NCBI GenBank assembly: GCA_963664705.1
Contig: OY761556.1
Coordinates: 1,184,001 to 1,248,000 of the forward strand
DNA: 64,000 nt
Reading direction: 5' to 3'
DNA from: Acidobacteriota bacterium
GTDB taxonomy: Bacteria; Acidobacteriota; UBA6911
A model generated the notes under the pieces. That model worked only from the letters and a program-made list of their open reading frames with translations, ran no database searches and had not been told where the DNA came from. The stretch's first letter is position 1. The number at the start of each line of letters is the position of its first letter. Below are positions 8,268-18,026 of the stretch, piece after piece. A program made the translations under genes and the position numbers.

Positions 8268-9617
8268 ATGGGTAGTAAGAAGCGTCAGGATTGGACGGAG
8301 TGGTCAAATTGGATTCGAGAAAGAGACGATCCGAAAATCGCGCACACCCGGCCCGAAGCACTGGACGACCTTCTTGTTCTCGACCTGAGCAACAAGAGCT
8401 TTGCCGGCTGTCACTGTTCTTCGGTACTCTCCGAATTTGGCGCTGAAGTTTTGCGTGTTGAACCGCCGGGGGGAGACTTTATTCGATCCTGTTCGCCGTA
8501 CGGCTTTATGTACAAGGGCGAGGGCCTGAATTATCTGACCGAAGGACGCAACAAATTTCACATCACACTGGATCTCACGAAACCCGATGCCAGGACAATA
8601 TTGAAAGGCCTTGCAAGCCAGGCCGATGTTCTGATTGAGACATATCAGCCGGGTGTGATGGATGCGTGGGGACTTGGCTATGAGGATCTGAAGGAAATCA
8701 ATCCGAGACTGATCTTTGCCTCGATCACGGCCTTCGGGCAATTTGGTCCCATGAGCAAGAATCGCACTCACGACTATGACAACATCGCCCAGGCACGGTC
8801 CGGGTTCCAGTACGATACGGGCGAAATGCTGCCCAAGGGAAAGACTTTCGATGAAATGCCTTGGGCCGTTCCCACTAAATCGGGCCCTTGGATTGCCTGG
8901 TTTCTATCGGGAAGTTTCATGTCAATGGGCATCCTGGCGGCACTGCATTACCGGGAAGTGACGGGAAAAGGGCAGGCACTTGATTGCGCAACCACCGAAG
9001 CCTACACGCGCATCGATGATTTTGTAGCGCTCTGGTATGAGCATGCCGGACAGATCAATGAGCGGTTCGGCAATCTGGATACCGCGCTGTGGCTCTACTG
9101 TTTTGCTCCCACCAGCGATGGGGCCGTCTTCCTTGGAGGCCTGCGCGTTGAAATGTGGAAGGCTTTCGTGGACATGCTTGGCAAATGGGACGAATGGGGG
9201 GCGGCGGAATGGACCAGCGTCGCGCCATTTACCCGAAAAGAAGAACAGCTCAAATGGTCCGCGCTTATTTTTGAAGAAACGCGCAAATATACCAGCGAAC
9301 AGCTTCTGAATATGTCCCTGGAGTATTCAAAGCATGGACGCCTGGCTCCGATTACATGCGTCGTCGCGCCAATCCTGTCTCCTGAAGATGCGATGAACGA
9401 TCCCAACTGGAAAGATCGGGGGATCTTTACGCCCGTATCCGATCCGCTCTATGGAGATATCATTGCCGCTCAGGCGCAGTACAAAATGACGGAGACCCCC
9501 ATGCGAACGAAGTGGGTGTGCCGCCCGGCAGGTTATGACAATGAATTCATCTACCTGAAGCACCTGGGGTACGGTCCCGCTAAATTGAAGTCGCTGAAAA
9601 GCCAGGGCGTCATCTAG
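8268..9617 (+). CDS. Family III CoA-transferase, second (probably non-catalytic) subunit
   Basis: ALDDLLVLDL, EFGAEVLRVEPPGGD, RNK, ETYQPG, TGKGQ; ATG at 8268 just after the upstream stop. Confidence 0.88.
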   Translation: MGSKKRQDWTEWSNWIRERDDPKIAHTRPEALDDLLVLDLSNKSFAGCHCSSVLSEFGAEVLRVEPPGGDFIRSCSPYGFMYKGEGLNYLTEGRNKFHITLDLTKPDARTILKGLASQADVLIETYQPGVMDAWGLGYEDLKEINPRLIFASITAFGQFGPMSKNRTHDYDNIAQARSGFQYDTGEMLPKGKTFDEMPWAVPTKSGPWIAWFLSGSFMSMGILAALHYREVTGKGQALDCATTEAYTRIDDFVALWYEHAGQINERFGNLDTALWLYCFAPTSDGAVFLGGLRVEMWKAFVDMLGKWDEWGAAEWTSVAPFTRKEEQLKWSALIFEETRKYTSEQLLNMSLEYSKHGRLAPITCVVAPILSPEDAMNDPNWKDRGIFTPVSDPLYGDIIAAQAQYKMTETPMRTKWVCRPAGYDNEFIYLKHLGYGPAKLKSLKSQGVI

Positions 9618-9623
9618 ACAATC

Positions 9624-9672
9624 GGGGGCGGACACTGAAAAGTGGAATTTCACTTTTTCGGTGTCCGCCCCC
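9624..9672. terminator. Long hairpin between convergent CoA-transferase and iorB
   Basis: GGGGGCGGACACTGAAAAGTG...CACTTTTTCGGTGTCCGCCCCC. Confidence 0.7.
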
Positions 9673-9677
9673 TGTCT

Positions 9678-10274
9678 TTAGATTGTGGCTTGTCTGCCTG
9701 CCTGGAAGGCCTTGGCGTTGATGTCGTGGAGCCGGGCCGGAAGGAGATCCTGGATCGCCCCGATCCACTGTTCCGGAGCCAGTTCCGGGAAGAAATTTGA
9801 AAGAGAGCCAATCAAAACGACATTGGCGACCTGAAGATTTCCCAGCCCCTTGGCGATATTATTGCCGTCCACAATCCATACGTTATTCGCAAAATGCTGC
9901 CGGAATGTCTTTTCCACCTCTTTGGGATATTCCGCTTTTCCGAGGCTGACCGTTGGGGGCAGGATGGAAAAATTGTTCAGCAGTACGCGTCCCCCGGGTT
10001 TTACCCAGTTGATGTAGCGCAAGGCTTCGAGCAACTCGAATGAAACCAGGTAGTCGACCTCTCCCTGACGAATCAGCGGGGAGAAGACCTTGGGCCCGAA
10101 ACGAAAATGCGTAGTGACGTCGCCGCCGCGCTGAGCCATCCCGTGAACTTCCGCTTTTTTAACGTCATATCCCGCATTAAGCATGACTTGGCCGAGAATG
10201 TTGCTTGCGAGAATAGTCCCCTGTCCTCCGACACCTGAAAGAAACACATTCCTGGTCGTACCGTTTCCCGACAT
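9678..10274 (-). CDS. iorB: Indolepyruvate ferredoxin oxidoreductase beta subunit
   Basis: GVGGQGTILAS, EVHGMAQRGG.V, E.LEALR; GAGGAG SD before ATG 10274. Confidence 0.92.
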   Translation of the reverse strand: MSGNGTTRNVFLSGVGGQGTILASNILGQVMLNAGYDVKKAEVHGMAQRGGDVTTHFRFGPKVFSPLIRQGEVDYLVSFELLEALRYINWVKPGGRVLLNNFSILPPTVSLGKAEYPKEVEKTFRQHFANNVWIVDGNNIAKGLGNLQVANVVLIGSLSNFFPELAPEQWIGAIQDLLPARLHDINAKAFQAGRQATI

Positions 10275-10285
10275 AGCCCGTCTCC

Positions 10286-12106
10286 TCATTCCGCTTGCGG
10301 CACAATGCTGTCAAACTCACAAACCTGAACGCAAATTGCGCAGCCGACGCATTGATCCTGATTGATGTGGGACATACCCTTTCTCTTTTTCCCGGCTTTC
10401 GTTTGTCCGGCTTCCGGTACCCAGCTGATTGCCGGGCAATTGATATCGAGGCAAAGCCGGCATCCCATGCAATTGTCCTCATCGATCCGGTAGGAGGGCT
10501 GGGCAAATCTCTCACGCGGCTTGGCACGGCGCAGGAGCATGCAGGGGCTATTGACCGTGATGATGACGGATGCCTCATCCCGATTTATCTCCTGCTGGAT
10601 GACATTGGTCGTTTCCTTAATGTTGTAAGGATCGACCAGGCGAACGTGCTTGACGCCGACTGCTTTGGCCAGTTGTGCGTAGTCAACGGTTGACGCCGGG
10701 TCTCCATCGATCGTGAACCCGGTGCCGGGGTGTTCCTGTTGTCCCGTCATTGCGGTAATGCGGTTGTCCAGGATTATTGTTGTGGAATAGCCGCCGTTAT
10801 AGACGGCATCCATCAGCGGGGTCACTCCGCTGTGCAGGAAAGTAGAATCGCCAAGCACTGCGCAGATTTTGCCGAGCCCATCCTGCTTCAAAACTTTACC
10901 TGCACCGAATGCACCTCCGACACCGGCTCCCATACAGGTGGAAAAATGCATTGCCGAAAGCGGGGGAGAAACGGCCAGACCGTAACACCCGATATCTCCA
11001 AATACGAAAACGCCGAGTTTTTTCAGGGCATAAAACAAGGGCCGATGCGAACATCCCGCGCAAAGATTGGGCGGCCGCTTGGGAAGATCTTCGGTTTCAA
11101 CCAACGTGGCGGGATTCGAGTATTCCTTTTCGGTCACAAGCTTTGAAAGCGCTCGTTCAATTACGGTTGGCGTGAGTTCGCCAATGGCGGGGATGAGATC
11201 CTTGCCGTGGTGTACCGTGATCCCCATTGCCTTAATCTCAGTTTCAAGGAATGGGTCGAGTTCTTCCACGATCACCACTTTTTTCACTTTTGAACAGAAT
11301 TCGGAAATCAGTTTCCTGGGAAGCGGCCAGGCCATTCCAAGTTTCAGAAATGAAAACTGAGGGAACAGATCCCGCGTGTAGAGGTAGGTAATGCCGGACG
11401 AAATAAATCCTATGGAAGGATCATTGATTTCCATTTTATTAAAAGGAAATTCCTGTTCCGCGTATTCAGCCAGCTTCCCGATTCTCTCTTCAACCAGGAC
11501 GCGGCGAACTCTGGCATAAATGGGAACCATGACCTGCTTCGGGGCATCTTTGCGGCTCAGCCCTTTGGGTATGGACGATTCCTTTCTTTCCCCAAGTTCA
11601 ACCGGCGAGTCGCAGTGCGAAACGCGTGTTTCGCTGCGGAGGAGAACCGGAGTGTCGAATTTTTCACTCATTTCGAATGCGAGTCGCGTGAAGTCACTGC
11701 ATTCCTGCGAGTCTGCCGGCTCCAGCATGGGGACTTTGCCGAAACGGGTCCAGTGGCGGCTGTCCTGCTCATTCTGCGAACTGTGCTGGCCCGGGTCGTC
11801 CGCAACAACGACAACCATCCCGCCCTTGACGCCCGTATAGGATATTGTCATGAACGGGTCGGCGGCGACATTCAAGCCAACATGTTTCATGCATACAAGC
11901 GTACGGCCTCCTGCAATGGAGGCTCCATGGCCGACTTCCATTGCGACTTTTTCGTTTGGAGACCATTCCGTATAGACTTCCGGATACTTGGAAAGCTCTG
12001 CCATGATTTCGCTACTCGGGGTTCCCGGGTAGGCGCATCCCACGATGGCTCCGGCTTCCCATGCCCCTCGGGCAATCGCTTCATTCCCCTGCAAGATTTT
12101 CTTCAT
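10286..12106 (-). CDS. iorA: Indolepyruvate ferredoxin oxidoreductase alpha subunit
   Basis: GNEAIARG, YPGTPSSE, NEKVA, MKHVGLNVAAD, GDIGCY, GDSTF.HSG TPP motif, two C-terminal ferredoxin Cys motifs. Confidence 0.94.
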   Translation of the reverse strand: MKKILQGNEAIARGAWEAGAIVGCAYPGTPSSEIMAELSKYPEVYTEWSPNEKVAMEVGHGASIAGGRTLVCMKHVGLNVAADPFMTISYTGVKGGMVVVVADDPGQHSSQNEQDSRHWTRFGKVPMLEPADSQECSDFTRLAFEMSEKFDTPVLLRSETRVSHCDSPVELGERKESSIPKGLSRKDAPKQVMVPIYARVRRVLVEERIGKLAEYAEQEFPFNKMEINDPSIGFISSGITYLYTRDLFPQFSFLKLGMAWPLPRKLISEFCSKVKKVVIVEELDPFLETEIKAMGITVHHGKDLIPAIGELTPTVIERALSKLVTEKEYSNPATLVETEDLPKRPPNLCAGCSHRPLFYALKKLGVFVFGDIGCYGLAVSPPLSAMHFSTCMGAGVGGAFGAGKVLKQDGLGKICAVLGDSTFLHSGVTPLMDAVYNGGYSTTIILDNRITAMTGQQEHPGTGFTIDGDPASTVDYAQLAKAVGVKHVRLVDPYNIKETTNVIQQEINRDEASVIITVNSPCMLLRRAKPRERFAQPSYRIDEDNCMGCRLCLDINCPAISWVPEAGQTKAGKKRKGMSHINQDQCVGCAICVQVCEFDSIVPQAE

Positions 12107-12364
12107 GCATCCTCCTGCCGCTGGTTCGTATGTACCGATCTTAACATAGATTTAGCCCGAGACTTCGGGCCTTTGAGATTTTGGCGTAATCATCAAAGCC
12201 CCGGGACTCAAAGAGATTGCACTGGCATGTGGGTTATGACACACTGCGCATTTAAAAATTCCGACTATCCAGTGTGAACGCAACGTGGGGTTCGTGTGCA
12301 ATGCTACGAGATCTCAGCGCCGGATTCAGCTGCGGCGCATCAGGTATAGAAAGGTTGATTTTCG

Positions 12365-13417
12365 ATGAATACCGTAGTGTTCGGTAAGCTCCCAGATGGC
12401 CATGAAATTCACAAATATGCGTTGGCATCCAAGTCAGGAATGTCGGCCGAAATCATCGACTATGGGGCTGCCATTGTGTCTTTAAATATTCCGGATCGAA
12501 CCGGGAAATTGGAAGACATTGTCCTGGGGTACGACAGCGTGCCAGGTTATGTGGAAGGATCTGCCTACCTTGGAGTGGTCGTGGGACGCTACGGGAATCG
12601 TATAGACAAGGGACGCTTTCAACTGGATGGCAGGGAATATCAGCTGACCATCAATGACGGCGTCAACCACCTTCATGGCGGGAAAGCAGGATTCAGCAAG
12701 GCTTTGTGGGAGGCGAAATCGGTCGGAACCTCGGATGAACCAGGGCTGGAGCTGCAATACATCAGTCCTGACGGGGAGGAGGGATATCCCGGGACTGTAG
12801 TCCTGAAGGTCCGCTATACATTGACTGTCAATCGCGAGTTGCGCGTTGAGTATGAAGGAACCAGCGATCGCCCGACAATTTTGAATCCGACGCAGCATTC
12901 ATATTTTAATCTTTCGGGAAAGCCATCAACGTCAATTCTGGATCATCAGCTCATGATTGAGGCGGATGGGACCACGCCTGTGGATAGCGGGCTTATTCCC
13001 ACAGGACAAATCGCCAGTGTTGCCGGCACTCCCTTTGATTTTCGCGCTTCCTATGTCATCGGTGCCCGGATCAATGATGCGGACGAACAGTTGGCTTTGG
13101 GCAAAGGATACGACCATAACTGGGTCTTGAGAGCCGGCGGAGGCACGCTTGCCAAGGCTGCGGAAGTCTATGACCCGTCGTCCGGCCGATTGATGACCGT
13201 GTCAACCGATCAGCCCGGACTCCAGTTCTATTCCGGAAATTTTCTTGACGGTTCCGCCATAGGGAAGAAGGGGATTGCCTATAAACGCAGATCCGGTCTT
13301 TGCCTGGAAGCGCAAGCCTTTCCGGATACGCCGAATAAACCGCAGTTTCCTGGCGCTACGCTAAGGCCGGGGCAGACATATCATCAGACCACTATTTATC
13401 AGTTTTCGATCAGATAG
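12365..13417 (+). CDS. galM: Aldose 1-epimerase (mutarotase)
   Basis: GRYGNRI, NHLHGG, N.TQHSYFNL, GYDHNW, QFYSGN, CLEAQ motifs. Confidence 0.93.
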   Translation: MNTVVFGKLPDGHEIHKYALASKSGMSAEIIDYGAAIVSLNIPDRTGKLEDIVLGYDSVPGYVEGSAYLGVVVGRYGNRIDKGRFQLDGREYQLTINDGVNHLHGGKAGFSKALWEAKSVGTSDEPGLELQYISPDGEEGYPGTVVLKVRYTLTVNRELRVEYEGTSDRPTILNPTQHSYFNLSGKPSTSILDHQLMIEADGTTPVDSGLIPTGQIASVAGTPFDFRASYVIGARINDADEQLALGKGYDHNWVLRAGGGTLAKAAEVYDPSSGRLMTVSTDQPGLQFYSGNFLDGSAIGKKGIAYKRRSGLCLEAQAFPDTPNKPQFPGATLRPGQTYHQTTIYQFSIR

Positions 13418-13436
13418 CGCCAAAGGAGACCCGTTC

Positions 13437-15191
13437 ATGAGTGTTCTGAATTCTCTTGATTGGATAGTCATCATTGCCTACTTCGGCCTGATTGCCGGAA
13501 TCTGCGTTTGGGTTGCGAAGAAGCAGAAGAAAACGTCCGAGAGTTATTTTCTCGCAGGAAGAGAACTGGGCTGGTTTGTTATCGGTGCCTCCATATTTGC
13601 CTCAAACATTGGATCGGAGCATCTGGTGGGATTGGCTGGTTCCGGGGCAACGGACGGAGTGGCCATGGCGCACTATGAGCTCCATGCCTGGTGTTTATTG
13701 GTACTGGCATGGATTATGGTTCCGTTTTATATGCGCTCCAAAGTGTTTACCATGCCGGAATTTCTTGAAAAAAGGTTTTCGCCGGCGGCCCGTACTGTCC
13801 TATCCGTCATATCCCTTGTGGCCTATATCCTGACCAAAATTGCGGTGGGTATCTTCGCCGGCGGCGTCGTGTTTGCCGTGCTGCTGCCGGAAATGAACCT
13901 CTGGGGATTGGATAGCTTCTGGATTGGATCGCTCTTGGTCGTCATGATCACGGGTTTATATACCATTGTTGGTGGCATGAGCGCCGTAGCCTATACGGAA
14001 GCCATGCAGACAATTGTTTTTATTATCGGATCGGGGCTGGTGACTGTTTTTGGATTGGAGGCGATTGGCGGATGGGCGGGGCTTAGAGCTGTTGTGCCTT
14101 CGGAGATGTTCAATTTGTGGAAGCCGATGGTGCCGGCGGGGCTTCATGGGACATGGGCCCCGGTCCGGGATGCGCACCAGATGGCCTGGTATTTTAACAA
14201 TAACTATCCATGGCTCGGGATGCTTGTATGTGCTCCCGTGATCGGTCTGTGGTATTGGTGTACCGATCAGTATATTGTGCAACGGACATTGGGTGCGCCA
14301 AATGAAACCGAGGCGAGGCGCGGATCGATCGCGGCCGGTTTTTTCAAACTCCTCCCAGTTTTTATTTTCATCATTCCAGGGATCATTTGCTACGGTCTCG
14401 CTGTGTCCGGTAAAGTGCCTGTTTTTCAAAAACTGCTGGTTGGGCCCGATGGAAATATTATCCGGGATAACGCGCAGCAGGCATTTCCGCTGATGGTGGC
14501 GCACATACTCCCAATGGGCGTGCGCGGACTTGTTGTTGCCGGTCTGTTGGCGGCCCTGATGAGCTCCCTGGCGGGCGCATTCAATGCCTGTGCCACATTG
14601 TTTACCATTGATTTCTATGGCAGGCTGCGCCGAAACGTATCGCAGGAGCGGTTGGTTTGGGTCGGACGTGTTGCCACCGGCGTCATGGTTCTGATCGCAA
14701 TTTGCTGGATTCCCGTGATTCGAGGTGGCCGCGGCCTCTACGATTACCTGCAGGGCGTGCAATCGTACCTGGCTCCGCCCATCTTTGTGGTCTTCTTCCT
14801 GGGCGTTTTCAACAAGCGTCTGAATGCAAAGGGTTGCCTCTGGGCTTTGATTACGGGCTTTGGCCTCGGTATCTTCCGGCTTGCGATCGATACTCCGGTT
14901 AAAATGATTCAGGGATTCCAATATCCGGAAGGATCGTTCCTATGGATCGTGAATAACATATTTTTTCAGTATTACAGCATGATCATCCTTGTTGTTTCCG
15001 CCGTTGTCATGGTTGTTGTCAGTCACATGAGCGCGGAGCCGGATTATGCAAAGATCAGTGGCCTGACCTACGGAACGCGCACCCGGGAGGATAAGGCGAT
15101 TTCCCGTGCGAGTTGGAAACCAATCGATGTTGTGCTGTCGATTGTAGTGATCGGCCTTATTCTGGCCGCCTATCTATATTTTGCCGGCTAG
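13437..15191 (+). CDS. Sodium:solute symporter (SGLT-type sugar transporter)
   Basis: YFLAGR, ASNIGSEH, WYWCTDQYIVQR, AALMSSL; many TM helices. Confidence 0.92.
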   Translation: MSVLNSLDWIVIIAYFGLIAGICVWVAKKQKKTSESYFLAGRELGWFVIGASIFASNIGSEHLVGLAGSGATDGVAMAHYELHAWCLLVLAWIMVPFYMRSKVFTMPEFLEKRFSPAARTVLSVISLVAYILTKIAVGIFAGGVVFAVLLPEMNLWGLDSFWIGSLLVVMITGLYTIVGGMSAVAYTEAMQTIVFIIGSGLVTVFGLEAIGGWAGLRAVVPSEMFNLWKPMVPAGLHGTWAPVRDAHQMAWYFNNNYPWLGMLVCAPVIGLWYWCTDQYIVQRTLGAPNETEARRGSIAAGFFKLLPVFIFIIPGIICYGLAVSGKVPVFQKLLVGPDGNIIRDNAQQAFPLMVAHILPMGVRGLVVAGLLAALMSSLAGAFNACATLFTIDFYGRLRRNVSQERLVWVGRVATGVMVLIAICWIPVIRGGRGLYDYLQGVQSYLAPPIFVVFFLGVFNKRLNAKGCLWALITGFGLGIFRLAIDTPVKMIQGFQYPEGSFLWIVNNIFFQYYSMIILVVSAVVMVVVSHMSAEPDYAKISGLTYGTRTREDKAISRASWKPIDVVLSIVVIGLILAAYLYFAG

Positions 15192-15252
15192 GGGAATCTG
15201 CACGGCAATTGAAGTACCATAGTTATTCTTTACCTTTTGAGAGTGTCGCAAA

Positions 15253-15834
15253 ATGCTTAATCGCAGCATAGATGTGCCTGGCCATATCAAGGGCCTGATT
15301 TTTGATTGTGATGGAACGCTTGTGGATTCGATGCCGCTGCATATGCGCGCCTGGGAATATGTCATCACCTCTCAGGGCGGAGAGTGGGATTACAACTATT
15401 TCTTTTCGAAAAAGGGCATGCCGGAAGAGGCTATTGTCATCGAATACAATCAGGATTACGGGACTGCGCTGGATGCCGTCAGCACTGTCAGAATTAAACA
15501 TGAGTATTTTTATTCCCGCCTGGACGAACTTCAGCCAATTCCATACGTGGTTGATATCGCGCGGAAATATTTTGGTGTGCTTCCAATGGCTGTGGCTTCG
15601 GGCGGGACCAGGAGAACTGTCGAACTCGAACTGGAGACCCTTCACATCAAACAGTTTTTCCCTGTCATCCTGACGGCCGACGATGCAATAAAGCCAAAGC
15701 CGGCTCCAGACATTTTCCTGGAAGCGGCAAGACGGATGAATATCGCGCCGCAATGCTGCCAGGTTTTCGAAGATGGAGATCTGGGTCTGGAGGCCGCTCG
15801 TCTGGCCGGGATGCTGCCTACGGATGTCCGATAG
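15253..15834 (+). CDS. HAD-IA family sugar phosphatase (YqaB / beta-PGM-like)
   Basis: FDCDGTLVDSM, VASGG, KP.PD.F, FED...G..AA motifs. Confidence 0.88.
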   Translation: MLNRSIDVPGHIKGLIFDCDGTLVDSMPLHMRAWEYVITSQGGEWDYNYFFSKKGMPEEAIVIEYNQDYGTALDAVSTVRIKHEYFYSRLDELQPIPYVVDIARKYFGVLPMAVASGGTRRTVELELETLHIKQFFPVILTADDAIKPKPAPDIFLEAARRMNIAPQCCQVFEDGDLGLEAARLAGMLPTDVR

Positions 15835-15862
15835 GCTGAGCGCCGTAGGAGGCTTTTCAGAA

Positions 15863-17374
15863 TCAGGCCGACAAAGCGGCTCCGGATCGGGCAATTCTTG
15901 ACGGCAGGCGCAGTTCAAACGTGCTGCCCTTGCCCGTGCTGCTTTCGACGGTAACATCGCCGCCCATCAGGTTCGCGAATCGCTTGGTAATCGCCAGTCC
16001 CAATCCTGTTCCGCCATACTTCCTCGTGGTAGATCCGTCCGCCTGGGAAAAGATCTGGAAGAGTTTTTTCTGATCCTCTTCCGATATCCCAATTCCGGTA
16101 TCTTTGACGCGGATATGAACCCAGTCGGCGCCTTTATTATCGGCTTTGGAAACTGCAAGCGTGACTGTGCCGTTTTGAGTGAATTTGGCACTGTTGCCGA
16201 GAAGATTCAGGAGTATCTGTCGGAATTTAACGGGATCACTGGTCATGGCGCCGGGAATTCCCGTGCATTCGAGAATCAACTGATTGCCGTTCTTTTGAAC
16301 CTGGTTCCGCACCGTGTTGAGAACATCCTCAATCATCTTTTGAATATCAAACGTCTCAATATGAAGCTCCATTTTGCCCGCTTCAATTTTTGAGATATCC
16401 AGAATATCGTTGACCAGCGACAAAAGGTGGTTGGCCGCCGTGTGAATTTTATCCAGGTCTGCCAGGTTTGCCTGCTCCGGTGCTTCTTCAATTTCTTCTC
16501 TCAGGAGTTCACTGTAGCCAATAATTGCATTCAGAGGGGTCCGAAACTCGTGGCTCATTTTGGCAAGAAATTCGCTTTTTGCCTTGTTGGCCTGCTCGGC
16601 TTTTACAATGGCGGCGCTCAGCTTTTCATTGATGGCGGACAGTTCGATGCCGTGTTGCTGAAGGGCATTATCCCGGATGCTTATCTGCCCAATCATTTCA
16701 TTGAAACCGTCGATCAAATCGCCGACCTCGTCCTGATCGGTTTTGACTGCTCTTATAGAGTAGTTCTTGTGCTGCGAAATCGATTTGACGGTCTGGGCGA
16801 GATTGAGGATCGGTTTGGATATGACTGCCTGGAGCCGCGATGAAATAAGGTAGGTAAAGAGCAGGGCAAAGGCGGCAATTGCCGACATGATCAGGACAAT
16901 TTTTGCAAAAAGAGATTCAAGCGAATTGAGTCCCATCAGAATGGCTATATTCCCGATGCGCTCATTGTCCATGTAAATGTCCCTGGAGATATACAGGTAT
17001 CCGCTTCCAAAACGGGACTCCTCTCCTCTGTGGGAACTCGGCACAGGCAATGGACTGGACCCGCCGCGCTGGTATTGTGCCAGGATCTTGCCGTTTTGCT
17101 GATAGACCGATGCTTCCAGTACGCGATCATCGGAGGCGAGGGCATCGATGATTTCCTTTGCTGATTTACTGTCGTGAAAAAGCAGTGCAGCGGTGCAGTT
17201 GTTGCCGATGGCTGAAGCCAGTCCCGTGGCATCCAGCATGGCCGAATGGCGCAAGGAATGCCAGGCAAGCCATAAAAAGGAGACGGAAGAAAGAATGACG
17301 GCTAATGCCGTGGAAACCAGGACAATGGCCTTGATCTTCGTTTTTATTGAAAATTTCCGGAGAATTTTTGCCAC
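15863..17374 (-). CDS. Membrane sensor histidine kinase (YfiN-like/CHASE8 periplasmic sensor, HAMP, HisKA, HATPase; no receiver)
   Basis: TM-N.TAALLF.D...A.E-TM, DEVG.L...[20 protein letters not shown]-box, [22 protein letters not shown]. Confidence 0.9.
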   Translation of the reverse strand: MAKILRKFSIKTKIKAIVLVSTALAVILSSVSFLWLAWHSLRHSAMLDATGLASAIGNNCTAALLFHDSKSAKEIIDALASDDRVLEASVYQQNGKILAQYQRGGSSPLPVPSSHRGEESRFGSGYLYISRDIYMDNERIGNIAILMGLNSLESLFAKIVLIMSAIAAFALLFTYLISSRLQAVISKPILNLAQTVKSISQHKNYSIRAVKTDQDEVGDLIDGFNEMIGQISIRDNALQQHGIELSAINEKLSAAIVKAEQANKAKSEFLAKMSHEFRTPLNAIIGYSELLREEIEEAPEQANLADLDKIHTAANHLLSLVNDILDISKIEAGKMELHIETFDIQKMIEDVLNTVRNQVQKNGNQLILECTGIPGAMTSDPVKFRQILLNLLGNSAKFTQNGTVTLAVSKADNKGADWVHIRVKDTGIGISEEDQKKLFQIFSQADGSTTRKYGGTGLGLAITKRFANLMGGDVTVESSTGKGSTFELRLPSRIARSGAALSA

Positions 17375-17376
17375 AA

Positions 17377-17964
17377 TTATTCTCCCTTGCCTGCCCGCGC
17401 TGCCAGGGCGCCTCGAGAGAGGCGCAACAGTTTTGAGCTGAACTGCAAAGAGGATTTCTCTGCGCGTTCCGAGTCAATCTCGAATTGCAGTTTGTCCCCT
17501 TCAATGAAAATATTAATCATCCCCTTTGCGGGTGACCCGGAATCCGTTTCCGTTACGGTGATCACCGGACTGCCCCGAAGCTCTTCGAGTATCTTTTGAG
17601 ACTTTTTCAGTTCCGAGGCGCTGACAAAAAGCAATTGGCAGTTGCGAAAGTCGGCCGGTTTTTTAATCAGGTTGATGCGAATAGGATGGTCCTGGATTGT
17701 CTTGTTCTTCACAACCGTTCCGAGCAGCGTTCCAAATTCATCGTCGCCGGCAATGCCAATGATTATTGGGGCGCCAGAGGAGGAGAACGTTCCCTCCGGC
17801 CAATCCACAAACTTCACAAAATTGTAGATGTAGGCTGCCTTGACTTCGTTTTCCATCGTTGCTCTGTCCACGGCACCGATAGCTTGCACAGACAGGCAGC
17901 CCAAAAGCAAAGCCAGGGCAGCGCCAATGGTGCGGCACTTCCCGGGTCTATTCCTTTTGATCAT
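17377..17964 (-). CDS. yfiR: YfiR family (DUF4154) periplasmic protein
   Basis: Signal peptide; [22 protein letters not shown]......QFEI...A....L..SSKLL.L; start uncertain. Confidence 0.85.
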   Translation of the reverse strand: MIKRNRPGKCRTIGAALALLLGCLSVQAIGAVDRATMENEVKAAYIYNFVKFVDWPEGTFSSSGAPIIIGIAGDDEFGTLLGTVVKNKTIQDHPIRINLIKKPADFRNCQLLFVSASELKKSQKILEELRGSPVITVTETDSGSPAKGMINIFIEGDKLQFEIDSERAEKSSLQFSSKLLRLSRGALAARAGKGE

Positions 17965-18026
17965 TGATGGTGCGTTATGTGCCATGCTATGCATCAATCC
18001 GCATTCGAAATATCCGATTCAAACGC

